64,000 bases of DNA. It comes from Blasia pusilla (lineage: Eukaryota). Below the pieces are notes generated by a model. That model was not told where the DNA came from, ran no database searches, and saw only the letters and a list, made by a program, of their open reading frames with translations. Shown one piece after another: positions 12,596-25,509 of the stretch; the first letter of the stretch is position 1; every line of letters starts with the position of its first letter. The DNA lies in the NCBI GenBank assembly GCA_050084515.1, contig CM114271.1, positions 28,768,001-28,832,000 on the forward strand. Reading direction: 5' to 3'. The position numbers were made by a program, and so were the translations under genes.

Positions 12596-14917
12596 TGGAC
12601 AAGGCATGCTTGTGACAACCTCCAAGAGGAATGAACACTTTCTACTCCACTTGTGTTGGGGCAGAGGGCATTTTCATGAATGTTCAATCCCAGCAACGAC
12701 GGCAATGTTGGAAGGGAACGAAAATAGCTGAGAAGTCAAAGAAATAAGCTACCTGTTGGAACCAGATGTGTTCAAGGCCGAGGCATCCCATGAACGACTC
12801 TGCGACCCGTCGGGTCCCGATGTGTTGCAACACCCAGGAAACACCTACTACAATCCGTCCAATTCCGACGGGTTGCAAGAACCTTTGGCCACTCCGGGTG
12901 GAAGATCCAAGTACAAGTTATCCGAAAACTCATCCAGGTCGAACTATTTGCAGGCCTTGTATACATGCGACTTGCATACTCGTATACGGGTTGCACCAAA
13001 ATTCTGGATGCAACTCGTCGGTTTCCGACTGGTTGCACACTCAGGAAACCCGTCCGTATCCGAGGGGTTGCACACTCGGGCAACCCGTCCCATCCAACAA
13101 ATTGCTTGGTTTCTTCGGTTTGAAATCTCTATAGTTCCCACGCTTCTCAACTTGAGCTGCAACTTTTCAAACAATTCTCAGCATGAGCTTGACAAGACGA
13201 AATAGTGAACTCACCTACCCCATGAAGTTTCCCCATTGTCTCATACGTACAGTCCACCAACTCAACCAAGAGCACAACTCTTTGTACTTCCCCTCAATTG
13301 CATGCTTCCTCCACAACCCATGAAGTTCTTCTTGGCATTCCATGGCCTATTTCAAGGTTTTTCTGTCCTTGCAACGTTGGAGTAGAGTGACATGCTCTAT
13401 CCTCTTATTCTCCTTGATGCAAGATTTGGTGTACTGGGTCACAGACTGTTGCCAATGGAAAGCATCCGACCTTTCCCTCCCCGGTTGAACCTCTCCATCC
13501 CTGAACACTTCCCTGATAGCAATCCACCCAGGTTGTGTATTGTCCGCCATGAACCCATAAATTTCCGGAGGTGGCCTTTGTTTTCCTTCACCACCTCCAA
13601 TAAGAGTAACCAGCACATTTTCAAACTGCCAACGTCTTCTGCTTTTACTTCACAGACAAATATAGTTTTGAGTCCCTTCTCCACATGGTCATAAACGTGA
13701 GCAGAGAAATGCGAGATTTTCCCATAGTTGTTTCTCCTCAGCAGCCGTGATCTCGCCCTGTCCAGGGATTCCAAGCAATTGTTCACAATTTTTTGATGCT
13801 TTTGTGAGCTTGATCACTCCGGGCTTTGAACCCGGAGAGTTTCTGTAGACCTCGGCAACTTTCTTTGCCACATCCTCCTTGATGTGTCTCTGAATTGCAT
13901 CAGTCACAGGATGAGTGTGGGAGCCAACATGAACTGCCAGCCTTATGTACTCTGAGGTGGAGCCCAAGTCGTGGACAATGAAAAATATGTACGCAGGACA
14001 TGCTCCAACGCAGAAGGGGGATGCCTGACAATTAGGACATCGATGGCCTCCTGGCGGTATGGTGGCACCGACCTCGTATGGAGTTTCTGCATTCTTGGGA
14101 GGGAATTGCGACGTATTGACTCGCCCATTGCGCTCTAGATATGGGCATGCTAGACTTCTACACTCCAAGGCTCCAACGTATTGGCGGCGGGAGACAATCC
14201 AAGGACCATCTGGAATTGAAGCACTAGTCCGTTAAAGCCTGCACCATCGATGACAATCAGACTTTTTGTCCATACCCTTCAGCGTCCTCCATCTTTCTTT
14301 TGAGCGGGAGCGGCAAGTGGAGGCAACTCAAAAATGCAATTACCATTGTGCGTGGGGCGACTTGTCGACAAGAATGTGCTTGAATATTTTCAAGGCGAGA
14401 GCGATAGCAATTATTGCACGATACTCGCAAGAGGAACAGTAGGCGGACAGAGGGCCGGTTGGTGTCCAGATCAAGCGAGGTTGACAACATCCAAAATATC
14501 TTCGGGAAGTACAACATTGTTCTGGCGTGTGAAGTTGGAGTCAAAGTCGGATCTCTTGAGCTAGGAGTTGCAAGCGTGAGAGCTCGGTGCACTAGGAAAT
14601 TCTCGACCGTCTACTTGGGAAACAGAGGAATTCAGGGGGCAAATTTGTAAACTCTGTATTGACCATTTGCTAGAGGTAGGAGATTCCATACTTTACGTTT
14701 CGCAATCACCGGGTGATTGTCTCACCTATTATGTCCTCCGTACCGTCCACCCTAACATCCTTGGATACAAAGATGGTTCCAATTTGGAGAAGAAATCGAA
14801 CAGAGAGAAAATTTCATCCACTGCTATGAAAGACTCACGAGCTTGCGGTCGAACGATTTCTGATTGAGGAAGGGCCGCTAGATGACTGCCACAAGTGAGC
14901 TTCACATAATTATCCAT
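12596..14917 (-). pseudogene. MULE transposase 5' part (start, GCM-like domain, DDE core)
   Basis: ORF 13689-14168: LECRSLACPY...RCPNCQASPFCVGACPA...HVGSHTHP (GCM/WRKY-fold Zn-ligand pattern). 13347-13616: FMADN...DAFHWQQS. ATG at 14917 with TATAAAT on the minus strand at about 14981-14987. Confidence 0.75.
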
Positions 14918-15389
14918 TCCAAGAAGATTCCACCGAGAGGAGACAGAGAATTGGTATGAGAATGAGAAAGAGAATGTTTAATTTATAGTGAATAGGGACT
15001 CAGATTCTCCTGACAGAATTTGACTGACAAGATGAAGTTTGGTAGTTGAAAATTTCTAACACAATGGATTCAATTCTGTTGCAACTTTTCGGAGTCAGGT
15101 GGGTTGCAAAATTTGGGAATCAGAGACGTTGGTTGCGAAGCATGCACTTCTTTTTGTTGGAACCCGTTGAAGTCCGTTGGGTTGGTACCCCCTTCTTGCC
15201 GACCAAAGGTCTTTTGAGTCAATTTTGCTAGCATCAAACACAAGATATCGCTTGCATATGCTAAGGCAACCAATCGTTGGGGACTTTTGCGGGATTTTCC
15301 AACTCATGGTAGATCTTGTGACCCATTGGATTGCAATGGGTTGCCTCGGAACTATGTGTTGTCGCATTATTACCCGAGGGATAGAAAAG

Positions 15390-16030
15390 CGTGCAACCTG
15401 TTGATAACCGACGGGTTGCCCTGGTACCTCGCCTATTAACCCAAGATAAGCAAAGCGTGCAACCCGTCGGCTTCGGACGGGTTGCACGCTTCTACCTCAC
15501 CTTGTAACGCTAACATGAAGGAAGCGTGCAACCTGTCGATCTCCGTCGAGTTGCGCGGGTGCCGCGCCTTCTTGCTCGAAGATGGCAAAGGGGCGCAACC
15601 CGTCGGCCTCAGACGGGTTGCGCAATTTCCTCACCTTGTAACACTTACATTAAGGAAGCGTGCAACCCGTCTGCTTTCGACGAGTTGCGAGGGTGCCGCA
15701 CATTCTTGCCCAAAGACGGCGGAGGCGCGCAACCCATCGACCTCAGACGGGTTACGCAAGTGCCTTGCCTTGTAATGCTTACATGAAGGAAGCGTGCAAC
15801 CTGTCGACCTCCGACGAGTTGCGTGGGAAGCCCGCCTTGTTATCCCAAGACGAGGGAAGCGTGCAACCCACCAAAATCCAACGGGTTGCGCGGGTACCTT
15901 GCGTTCTTGTCCGAAGACGGCATAGGCGCGCAACCTATCGGTTTCTGACGGGTGGCGCGGGTACCTCGTGTTCTTGTCCGAAGACGACGGAGGCGCGCAA
16001 CCTGTCGGTCTCCGACGGGTTGCCACAAGG
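15390..16030. repeat. Tandem palindrome array (about 65-70 bp units) between the divergent transposase and cargo promoters
   Basis: About ten units of (AAGCGT)GCAACCCGTC..GACGGGTTGC separated by two recurring, related spacer types. Confidence 0.9.
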
Positions 16031-17734
16031 ATGGATGCCTTGAACCCTCGGGAAGCGTGCAACATGTCGAAGCCGTTGGTTGGTTTTTTTCACGTCCAGA
16101 CTTCCATAACGGTCGGCACGTCGCCGTTGGAAGGACGATGCGACCCAACGATCAGCCCAACAGCTCGGAAAGTATAAATAGGGGAAGGTTCACTCATTTC
16201 CGGTTTTTCGTTTCGCGATCTCAATTGCTCTTCTGCGCAGCATCTGACCAGATACCAAGGGGCGCTTTACACGGTGACTCATCGCGAGATGATTCGAGCA
16301 AACGATCGCGAGACGATTCGAGCAAACGATCGCAAGATGATTCGAGCGAACGATCGCGAGATGATTCAAGCAAACAATTGCGAGACGTTTCAAGCTACTC
16401 ATCAAGGCGACTCATCGCGACATCAGCAAGGCGACTCATCAAGGCAATTCCTCGAGCCGATTCATCGTGCACAGAGAGCAATTTCCTTGTCCATAGGAGG
16501 CATTTTCGGGAACAATGACGAGGAAAAAATCTCAAGCAAATAGGGCTGGGAGCTTCACTCCCAAGTTCATGAGGACTCTTGCGTCACCATCTCTAGGGCC
16601 TCGTTCGGCCAATGAGATAAGGCAGCAAGAAATCAAGGAGCGAGAAAGGGAAGCGGAGATGCACAAATAGGAGCTTCTTGCAAAACGTGTAAATGAGGCG
16701 CTCAAAAAATAGAACGCAAAGGCTGAGGTGTCGCACGCCTTGAAGAAAAGGATCGCTGATGAAAAGCGTGAAAAGAAGCGTCTGGACGCGTCGGTGAGGA
16801 GAGAAGAATTGGCAAAAGCTCGGAGGGAAAAAGCAATTTCCATTGAAGAAAGCCCTGCCCGTCCAACCGAAAGTGTTGAGATGCAGGAAATGTCCCCGAT
16901 AAAGTCCGGGGAAACAATCAATATAGCGGAAATGGCCGAAGTTCAAGTGACAGACGATGAGGTCATGAGGACCTCCAGCGTGGAGATGGTGGACATCGCT
17001 GAAGAAGCAGGAGAGCGGTCATCCTCGTCCCTAAGCCCGGCGGAAGAAATCGACCTCTATCGGATCGACGAGTTTCCTGTGGACTTGCCAGCTGCTGTCC
17101 TAGAGTAGTTGGCTGGCCAGGACACCGACCCAATCTTCGAACAGGTAAGAGAGGATCTGTGTTCTTTGAATTATGTGAAGGCCCATGTTGTAATTCATTG
17201 GCAATTTAGTGAAGCTTATTGACCTTGTCCCCGTTGTGACAGGTGGTAAAGCAGATGGCACTGATGGAGGGCCAGAACGCCTTGAGAATTTCACTTTGCC
17301 GATGGCAACTATGGAGTACGTCCGCGAAATTCAGTCTGACGAGGATATTTCAAAGTTGAAACAATCGACAGCGACAGCATCCTACGTCGACAGCTTCCCT
17401 CCGTTCTATGTTCACCCTTACGATGACCATGGAACCCAAGCGCTGGTTATAGAGGAGGACTTGGAAGCGCTCAACACATTCTGGAGGATGAGAGATCAGG
17501 AATTCAGAAGGGCGATAGAGGGGACGGAATTCAGCTGGATGCGAAACATGTATTTCTTCATCTGGGATGGAAACCACAGCTTCATGGCGTGGACCCAGTT
17601 TGCAGAGGAGCGCCCAAACTCATTGGAGGCACATTTTTGGGTGAAGGCATTTTTGGGTGAAGTCCTCCATACCCTCATCACATGGCGACGGTGGAGATGG
17701 CCATGCATGCCATGAACACGTAAGTTTCCTCTTG

Positions 17735-18280
17735 CTGCAAACCGTCGGACTCTGACAAGTTGTTTGAGTCGCCACTGTTTTTGGAATGTTTTTGGCCGAA
17801 AGCAACTCGTCGGACTCCGACGATTTGCTCGACTGATCACTGGTTTAGGATCTTTTTGGCAGAAAGCAACTCGTCAGACTCCGACGAGTTGCTCGACTGA
17901 TCACTGGTTTAGGATGTTTTTGGCCGAAAGCAACTCGTCGGAGTCCGACGAGTTGCTCGACTCACTTCTGTTTTAGGATGTTTTTTGAAGAAAGCAACTC
18001 GTTGGAGTCCGACTGGTTGCTTGACTCGAAGCTGTTTTTGGATGTTTCTGGCTGAAAACAACCTGTCGAACTCCGACAGGTTGATATGTTCACTTTTCTC
18101 GCGAAAACCACTCTCTAAATACGGATAATCTGACAACCTGTCGGAGTCCGACGGGTTGAAACCAGGAAATCACAAATCTGAATGCAATCCGTCGGACTCC
18201 GATGGGTTGCAAAATTTAGGTCGTTACTTCCATTCTGACCATGAGTTGTGACGACCTGTGGGAGTCTGACGGGTTGCAGG
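17735..18280. repeat. Intronic palindrome array (copy C)
   Basis: GCAACTCGTCGGAGTCCGACGAGTTGC units at about 64-bp period. Confidence 0.9.
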
Positions 18281-18483
18281 AACCCATGTACCTTGCAAAT
18301 TTTCTAATATTGAGTTTGGATGTGCAGGATTGTATCGGAGGGGAATGTCACCCACCACTGGATCCAAGATTGCAATCGGGTGAAGAAAGTGCTAACGACG
18401 CACCCGGCAGAGTACAAGTGGTTCTTGGGCGACGCCCTTGTAAATGAGATGCTGGCAAAGGGTGCTCAAATCCAAAAAAAAAA

Positions 18484-18912
18484 GAGGAGCGGTAAGAGGA
18501 GAGGAAGAGAGGAAGAGAGGAGAGAGGAAGATATTAGCAACCCCTAGGGCTCTTTTGGTTTGAAGAGAGTTTCCGACACGTTGAAGAGAGTTTCCGACAG
18601 GTTGGAGAGAGGAAAGTTTTGACAAGTTGAAAAGGCAATTTTTTTCCAAAAAAAATTGGTGGTGAAAAAAAAATTTGAAAATTTTTTTTTCTAATTTTTT
18701 TTACCTTTTCAACCCGTCGGATTCCAACAGGTTGCACTAAGTTTCCTCTCTTCAAAAAAAATCTCCAAAAAAATTACTCACTTATTATCCATAATCTTCA
18801 TATTTTTTGAAGAGAGTTTCAATTTTTTTTCCCTTTTGTGCCTTTTTTTTGAAGAGAGACTCTCCCCTCTTCCTCTCCTCTCTTCCTCTCTCATGCCAGA
18901 ATACTAGCCCCC
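18484..18912 (+). mobile_element. About 430-bp non-autonomous element with both MULE-family termini, inserted into a cargo exon
   Basis: Absent from copy A (5483-5493 is contiguous). Begins GAGGAGCGGTAAGAGGAGAGG and ends GCCAGAATACTAGCCCCC. Flanked by A-runs, so TSD length is unresolved. Carries one palindrome at about 18710-18735. Confidence 0.8.
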
Positions 18913-19003
18913 AAAAAAAGACTTGGGCAAATAAGTTTATTTCCCAAGATGCAGCCGTGACAATCCTTTGCTGGTCGAAGATATAGGCCGCCAAGAAGAG
19001 CGC

Positions 19004-20278
19004 TGTCGTATAGTAAAATCAACCAGTGTGTAAACTCCTTCGTCATTAAGTGTTAGATAGAGTTTCATTTGTATTAAGTAAATTGGCTTAGAAAAAGGAG
19101 ATTCTTATGTTTAAACCTCTTTATGGTGCCTCTTTTATGCGGGCCCAACTTTAGGAAAAGGAGGTAATAAATAAAAGATGACTTTATAAAAGTAAAGTAG
19201 TTGCTTTAATGAAAAGCAAAAGTAGTCTTGGTTGGTGGCTAGATTAGTTGGGGTAATTTGGAAAATATCATGTGGGTAAAAGAGGATATTTTGGAAGAGA
19301 TAAGAGGAAATCTACTTATGTCAAAATATGATTGGCTAAGCCTTGAGAGGAAGCGATGTGGCACAAGATAAGATAAGCTCTATTTCATACTCTTGTGGAT
19401 CCCTTGTGAGTATATAAATAGGAGGGACCTTCAAGGGTTCATCACCTTCTATTCCACATCTTGAGTCTCTCGTGTCTCTCTTGAGTGTATGGCTTTGGGA
19501 TTGCTTGCTCTTCCAATGAGAGTGGATCACCCTTCTTGGGAGAGTAACTTGACCATGGTCTATTCTTCGAGAGATTTCTAGAGTGTGGTGTGTGTGTGTG
19601 TGGGGATGAGAGGTTTTTCACCGTAGAGGATTTTAGTCATACTAAAATACCCGATGTTTTGGCTTGTTACTTCCCCAATGAGAGTGGATTACCCCTCTTG
19701 GGAGAATAACTCTGCCAAAACTCATTCTTGAGGAGAGTAGAGAATGTCTGTCAAGCATGGATAGGGGTGGAGCACGAGCTGTGCCCGACTTTCCTTTCCT
19801 CAATCCTTACCATGTCAAGGTACTCTTTGTAGATAGGCACTGGTTCACTCGCTATTTAGTTTATCACTTTGGGGAGGCATTCATGAACCAGGTCATGCAA
19901 TCTCCAACTCCGGTGATTCTTCCTATTGTCACATATGGAAGGACATAGGATTGTATTTTGTATGTCCTTATATAGCGATCCATGGATGTCAATAGGCCTG
20001 CTCAAGTAGGGTTTAACACTAGTTGTGCTGTCTTCCTCGTGTACAAGCGTAAAATAGTTTATAGGGATTTTATAGTTAGGAATTTTGGGGTCCGATGTTA
20101 CGAAGAAGTGATCGCCTCGGCACTTCCATTTGTGATACCTGTCGTGAGAGAATGGAGAGTGTACATCATAATTTTGTATTGAAAAATGAGAACTTATTAG
20201 AGAGTTCACCTTGCATCGACCGCATCTACCGCAGCTAGAAGGCCTGCCCTTGCTCGAAGAAAGACTCTCGACACGACA
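19004..20278 (+). repeat. 5' LTR (1275 bp) of the outer Ty3/gypsy element
   Basis: 6-bp inverted termini TGTCGT/ACGACA; TATATAAATA at about 19411. Confidence 0.85.
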
Positions 20279-20280
20279 AA

Positions 20281-20298
20281 TGGTGCTTCCACTGAGAG
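20281..20298 (+). other. Primer-binding site, probably tRNA-Thr(AGU)
   Basis: TGGTGCTTCCACTGAGAG lies 2 nt after the LTR. Its reverse complement resembles the 3' end of plant tRNA-Thr(AGU) as recalled from memory. Confidence 0.6.
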
Positions 20299-23200
20299 CT
20301 CTTTGAGGCGGTAGTTTGTGTTTGCAAGTTGGAGTCTTATCAAGATGACTACTTTTGGGAGTACTTCATCAATGGGAAGTGAGGGAGTTGAGGATCTTCT
20401 CCGAACTTTGACAACATTGTTGAGCCAACAAGGAGGAGTTCACATCGGAGAGCAAAGATCAACAAGGGCTCTCCAAGCGATTGTGAAGAAGTTGGGGAGA
20501 TTTGATGGAAGGAACATCACCAAGTATGTTCGAGAGTACGTCTGTGAGATGGAGGTAAACCGTGTATCCGAAGGTGATATGGTGTCAAGTTTTGAGTTAG
20601 CTGTAATACCAGAGATCCGTAGTCAAGTAAAGAAGTTGAGAGCAGAAAATCCAACCTCATGGGGAGGAGTACTGACGATTCTTTGAAAAGGAGAATTCTT
20701 CGATGATGATGTGGATCGGGTGACTAAGAGGAGTTTTCTAGAATGGAAAGAGCAACGTCCAGGGAAGGGAATGACTCCAAATGAGTTGTTTCGTGAGTTT
20801 GAGAAGCGGTTTTTTTAGCTTTCTCCTTCTGAAAGGGCTATCATGACCGTACGGATTATGTCGTAGAGTATGGTGTGCTGGTAGAGGCCATTCCTTATGT
20901 AGGACCGTAGTGGCTTGGTAGAGATGTGGTTCCATACATAGGGTTGGGGTTACTCACTTGGGGTGACTTTCCTAGTAGGGCCCGCTCTTGGTTGGAGGAT
21001 ATAAGGTGGCTTGCCCTCAAAAAACGATCAGTTCTTTGAGTTGAGCCTGTTGCGTTGGGAGTTAGCCTTGGTAGTGAGTAGAGCTCTTGGCTATGGTGTT
21101 TCCGCAAGCCGACCTGGATTCTCCCATCGTGGAGTGGGTTTGGCTCGATTGTATGTGATTGTAAACGTGTTTTATGACAAATGAGGTCTTTCACGGATTT
21201 CACTCAAAGAACCGGAGTAGATCGATAGTAGCTTCGATTGTAGATCAAGAGGGATCTGGTTAGGGTGATTGTGTACTCAGCCGTGGATGTTCGGGCTTGT
21301 TGCATATGTTGGAGGTGTGAATCAGGTGCGTGGTTGGTTGGGAAAGAAGCGCCTTGCTGAGAGCTTTCCAACGCGCTGTAGATCGCCGGATTTCGTCAAG
21401 GGAGTTGGAAGTTATCAAGCATTGAAGATTCTCGGTTCGTGTTCGGCGCTTTTCGATGTGGAGAGCTTGGAGTGCGGAAGTGTGTTGAAGTTCATCCAGA
21501 TCGGGTGAGAGGTTCCTGATGCTACTCGTATTGTAATCTCCTGTGAATCTATCTGCTCGAGTGTGTGGAGAGTTGCGGATTTCTACGTGCATGGAACTTG
21601 GCGGAAGCGCTGTCGGATTTGCGATTCTGGAGGTGTATGGACATCAAGTTTGTTTGATTCTTAGCTCGGAGTACAGAGCTCGGTTGTAGCTGATTTTTTG
21701 TGGAGAGATAGCTATGGTGGTCTATTGAATTCTGATCGAAACAGATTTGATTTCGGTCACGTATTTGTGAAGTAATTTCTGATCGAAATTTCGCAGACTA
21801 GCTCGAGGTCTGGCTATGGTGGACAGCGGATCGGAGGGGCTGGTTGGTTGGTGACTCGTTCATTTTTGGAGACGCCTATCCCATTGGGGGCACCCTGGTT
21901 GGACCTCTCTCCATAGCGAAGCATGGCGAAGCGTGGCGAACGGGGCATGTCTCGGCGTTTTGAGGCTTCGAGGCAACTCGTGGTAGCTCAAGCAGTGGGC
22001 GTGAGAGGCGGAGTAAGGAGCAAGGAGCAAGCAAGCAAGCTTGCTTGCTTGGGCGTGAGGCAATTTTTGCAGGATTTGGGATTTGAGTTTTGCATAACTA
22101 GTCACCCATCTTTGGGCTATTCTGCCTGGAGGACGCTTAACTGCTGAGTTCTTAACTATGCCAGTGTAGAGACTGTTGTAGCTCATTTGGTGCTGTTCGG
22201 AGATGTGTTAGGCGCTTTATGCATCTCAGGTTTTTGGTTGATGTACCTCTAGCGCATAGTACGGTGTAGCCTCTCCATGCAGGTGATATTTTCAGATGCT
22301 GCGAGTTCGACTAGTATGTCATCGACCCGCGGCGGAGTAGCTATTGCGTTAGAATTGTGTGGTGGGTTTTGTGGATTCAGAGGGCACCACGTTTGGTGGA
22401 TTGTGTTACCTTGATTTTCATTTGCGGTTGGAGGGTTGTCGTTGGACTTCAGAATCGGATCCCCTCCATCGTGCTTTTGCTTGCTTGCGCCCAATGTTAG
22501 GGTTGACGCTGATTTCAGAGTAGTGTTACTCTTGTGTGCTACTGATAGTGAGGCTGGAGTGATGACCAGTAGACCGTGGGAGGCTTCTTGTAGTGATGAG
22601 AGGTTAGATTGCCTACACCCATAGCTAGTAGAGCTACAATAGTAGAGCCACATCGCGTCACTTGGATAATTTGGTGGTGGTGCGGCATCGGCGTTGGTCA
22701 TCACTGTCGGGTGGTACGGTTGGGGACCGTGGTGCGGATAAAGTGGTGGTTTCACACGGAGTGGATTTAGGTATCGGTTCGACGGTTGATGAAGAGGAGG
22801 ACCAGGGTGTTCCAAACACCGAGTCTTCTACGTTGTTATCGAGTGTTGCAGCTCCATTGATTTGGGACATGGACGGTGGATATGGGGCCATGAAGGGCCC
22901 ACGACGATACTCAGGTGCAGTGGGCACCATTGAGTTGGAGGACTTCATGCAGGAGTTTGATACGTGGTGTGATATGCGGATGTTATGAACGCCACGTTGT
23001 TTACACCCTTCTTGGCTTGGAAGGGTTGTTTCAAAGACTTGGAAGGACCACCCATGGATGATTACCATGAGTTTAGGAAAGACCATGTTCTTTGAGATTG
23101 AGGCGTGAGACAATATTGGTCTCCAGGCTATGTGTCTATCACCCATGGTGGTATTGGTAGTAGTGCTCCTACTATGCCCGGCCCGGCCCGCGTTGAGTGG

Positions 23201-25509
23201 TGCAGTACGAGCCGGAGTGGGGGTACCAAAGTGGAGGTACTAGTGGGGGTACTAGTGGAGGTATTAATGCCCCACCATCGTTCAGCCCGATTTGCAGAGT
23301 TCTTCAAGAGGTTGAAGAAGAACTATCAAGGAGTGAAGACGGAGAAGTTGAGGAATCTTCAGGACTTTGAGCGAAAGGCGGTGAGAGTCTTCGTGAGGCA
23401 TACACGCGTATCGACGCTTGATTTCATTACCAGGGTGTGGCGAGGATCAGCGACCCGTTTTGGTATGGGATCTTGGACAGAGATTTGCGCCGTAGGGTGC
23501 GTGATGCTACTCTTATGAGTGATGATTCACCCACATTGACCCATGTGTTTGCTCTATCTCGAGAAGATTGAGCTTAACATGGTGAAGGAGAAAGTGGTGA
23601 CATCCGCATTCAAGAGGGGATACAACTACTACTTCTCGGGTTCAGCCGCCCACCTCACGATCTCGTAGTAGTGGTGGTGGTAGTAGTAGTGGGAGTCGTG
23701 GGGGGTACACGCGACCTCAATCAAGTCCTAGAGGGACATTTGTGCAGAGACCATTGCCTTCATTTGCTGCCCCGCAGCAAGGACAGTCATGTTGGACATG
23801 TGGAGGTGATCATGTTAGGAAGTTTTGTCCCCAAGAGGATGGGAGACGGACTTTGGAGGATGGGCCTCAGTCGGCCCCAACTCAGTGTGATCATTGCGGG
23901 AGACTAGGTCATCCTCGAGAGCGTTGCTTTGATCTCCATCCAGAGTTGAGATCAGGCCGTGGCCGTGGTGGAGTAGCTCCGAGAGGCCGAGGTGGTAGAG
24001 GTGGTAGGGGTGGTAGAGGTGGACCAGTGGTTGGAGAGCCTACGGTGGCTACCCCTACCACTACGACAGTCACTATGGTGCGGGATTGATCGATTGGAGC
24101 GAAGTTGGCTACTATGGTGGTATCCAAAGATAGATCGGTTCGGGAGCAGGGCTTCCACCTCTTATGGAGGAGATGATCTCTCTTATATGGCGAGTGCAAA
24201 GACAGTGAGGCATCGGTGCGATTTAGAGGAGCCACTCGAGCGTCGAGAGCCACGTGGTGCTCTTGTGGAGTTGGACGCCTGAGGGGTGAGGCCGGGAGGC
24301 GTGCTAGGCTTCCCAGTCATTCTTGTTGTCGAGGTGCTTAGGACTCCATCCATGGTTCCTCACGCAGCCTATTGAGCCGAGTGGGGATCGAGGCATCTAC
24401 ATCAGCGTGTAGTAGACACGGATGCAGATCAATGCAAAGATTGTGCGGATGGCAACTTCGGTGTTAGGATCCCCATTGTTTTCGGCCACGGAGTGATGGC
24501 TTTAGGAGTTGACTTAGCTCTGTATTTGATTAGCGCCACGTTGTGTGAACGGGGGTGTTATCTTTGCATGGTGTTGAGGTGGATGAGGGTGTTGCGGTGG
24601 AGCGACCCTCTATGTCGGGAGTAGCATTGAGTACCGGTGCTACTTGGCGAAAGCGTGGCGAAGATGGATGCATTACCAGCCCGGCCAGCCATTGATCGTG
24701 AGAGGCTTACACCTTGTGTATGTATGTTGGACAACCGAGTGGGATCTTCCGATTGGTAAGTCCTACAGGACAGGTGTATAGACCAGATAGAGTCTTGTTA
24801 GACTCTGGTGCCCAACCTTTGATGTTGGGAAAGGCGGCATGTATTGGTTTGGGTATTCGGAGGTCAGAGCTTGAGCCTTGCCCATTCCAGATTCAAACAT
24901 CACTTGGAGGAGCCAATGATAGGTCTCCATTCATGACACGAGAAAAGTTTTCTGTACAATTGAGACCAAATCATGCGACTGATAGCTCCCGGTTGGGAGT
25001 ATCTGCGGTAGTCACATCAGCCGAGTCGTATGATGTACTAGTTGGAGGAGCGATGATTGTACCGATGGGTTTTCAGATGGATTTCGGGTGAGACAGCGTC
25101 CCATAGACCAGGTTGGCAGTCCGAGGATGGACGTATGAGCCAAGTTCCTGTGAGATTTATTTCTGGGGCTCGACCAGGAGGGTCTTCCCCAACAGTGTTA
25201 GCATCTGTGGCTGGTTTTAGTGGAGTAGTCACTTGGCCAGGAGACTTTTTGGAGGGTAATGTTTCTGCTATGGATTCTCTGCGCATGAGGAGGTAGAGGA
25301 GGTCCCTACTTTTGCAGCGGTGGCATCCTCATCGTTGGATGTGCCACTTTGGAGTTCAGCGGTGCACTACGGCAGAGGTCGATCGCCTAGTGCGAGGAGG
25401 CTTGGTGTGAGGCTGTTATACCTCACGAGGAAGAGGAGGCCCCACGGCGGACTCCTACGCCTGGCTTGATTAGGTTATCCCCTTTGGATACTACACCCAT
25501 TGTATGGCA

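Larger units (their letters stand above)
16515..19003 (+). pseudogene. Cargo gene copy C, 5' part (ParB/Srx-like domain); exons about 16515-17144, 17215-17719, 18328-19003
   Basis: ORF 17209-17715: VREIQSDEDISKLKQS...FFIWDGNHSFMAW; colinear with copy A. Confidence 0.7.

Noticed and set aside
15390-16030. CRISPR-like array (palindromic repeat with about 40-bp spacers)
   Set aside because: Spacers are related to one another, repeats are degenerate, no cas genes are present and the context is eukaryotic.
15482-16543. Overlapping ORFs in the promoter array, and similar ORFs at 9020-9758 and 12684-13205
   Set aside because: Translations of GC-rich palindromic repeats (recurring QPVG/ATRR/NPS); no domain signal.
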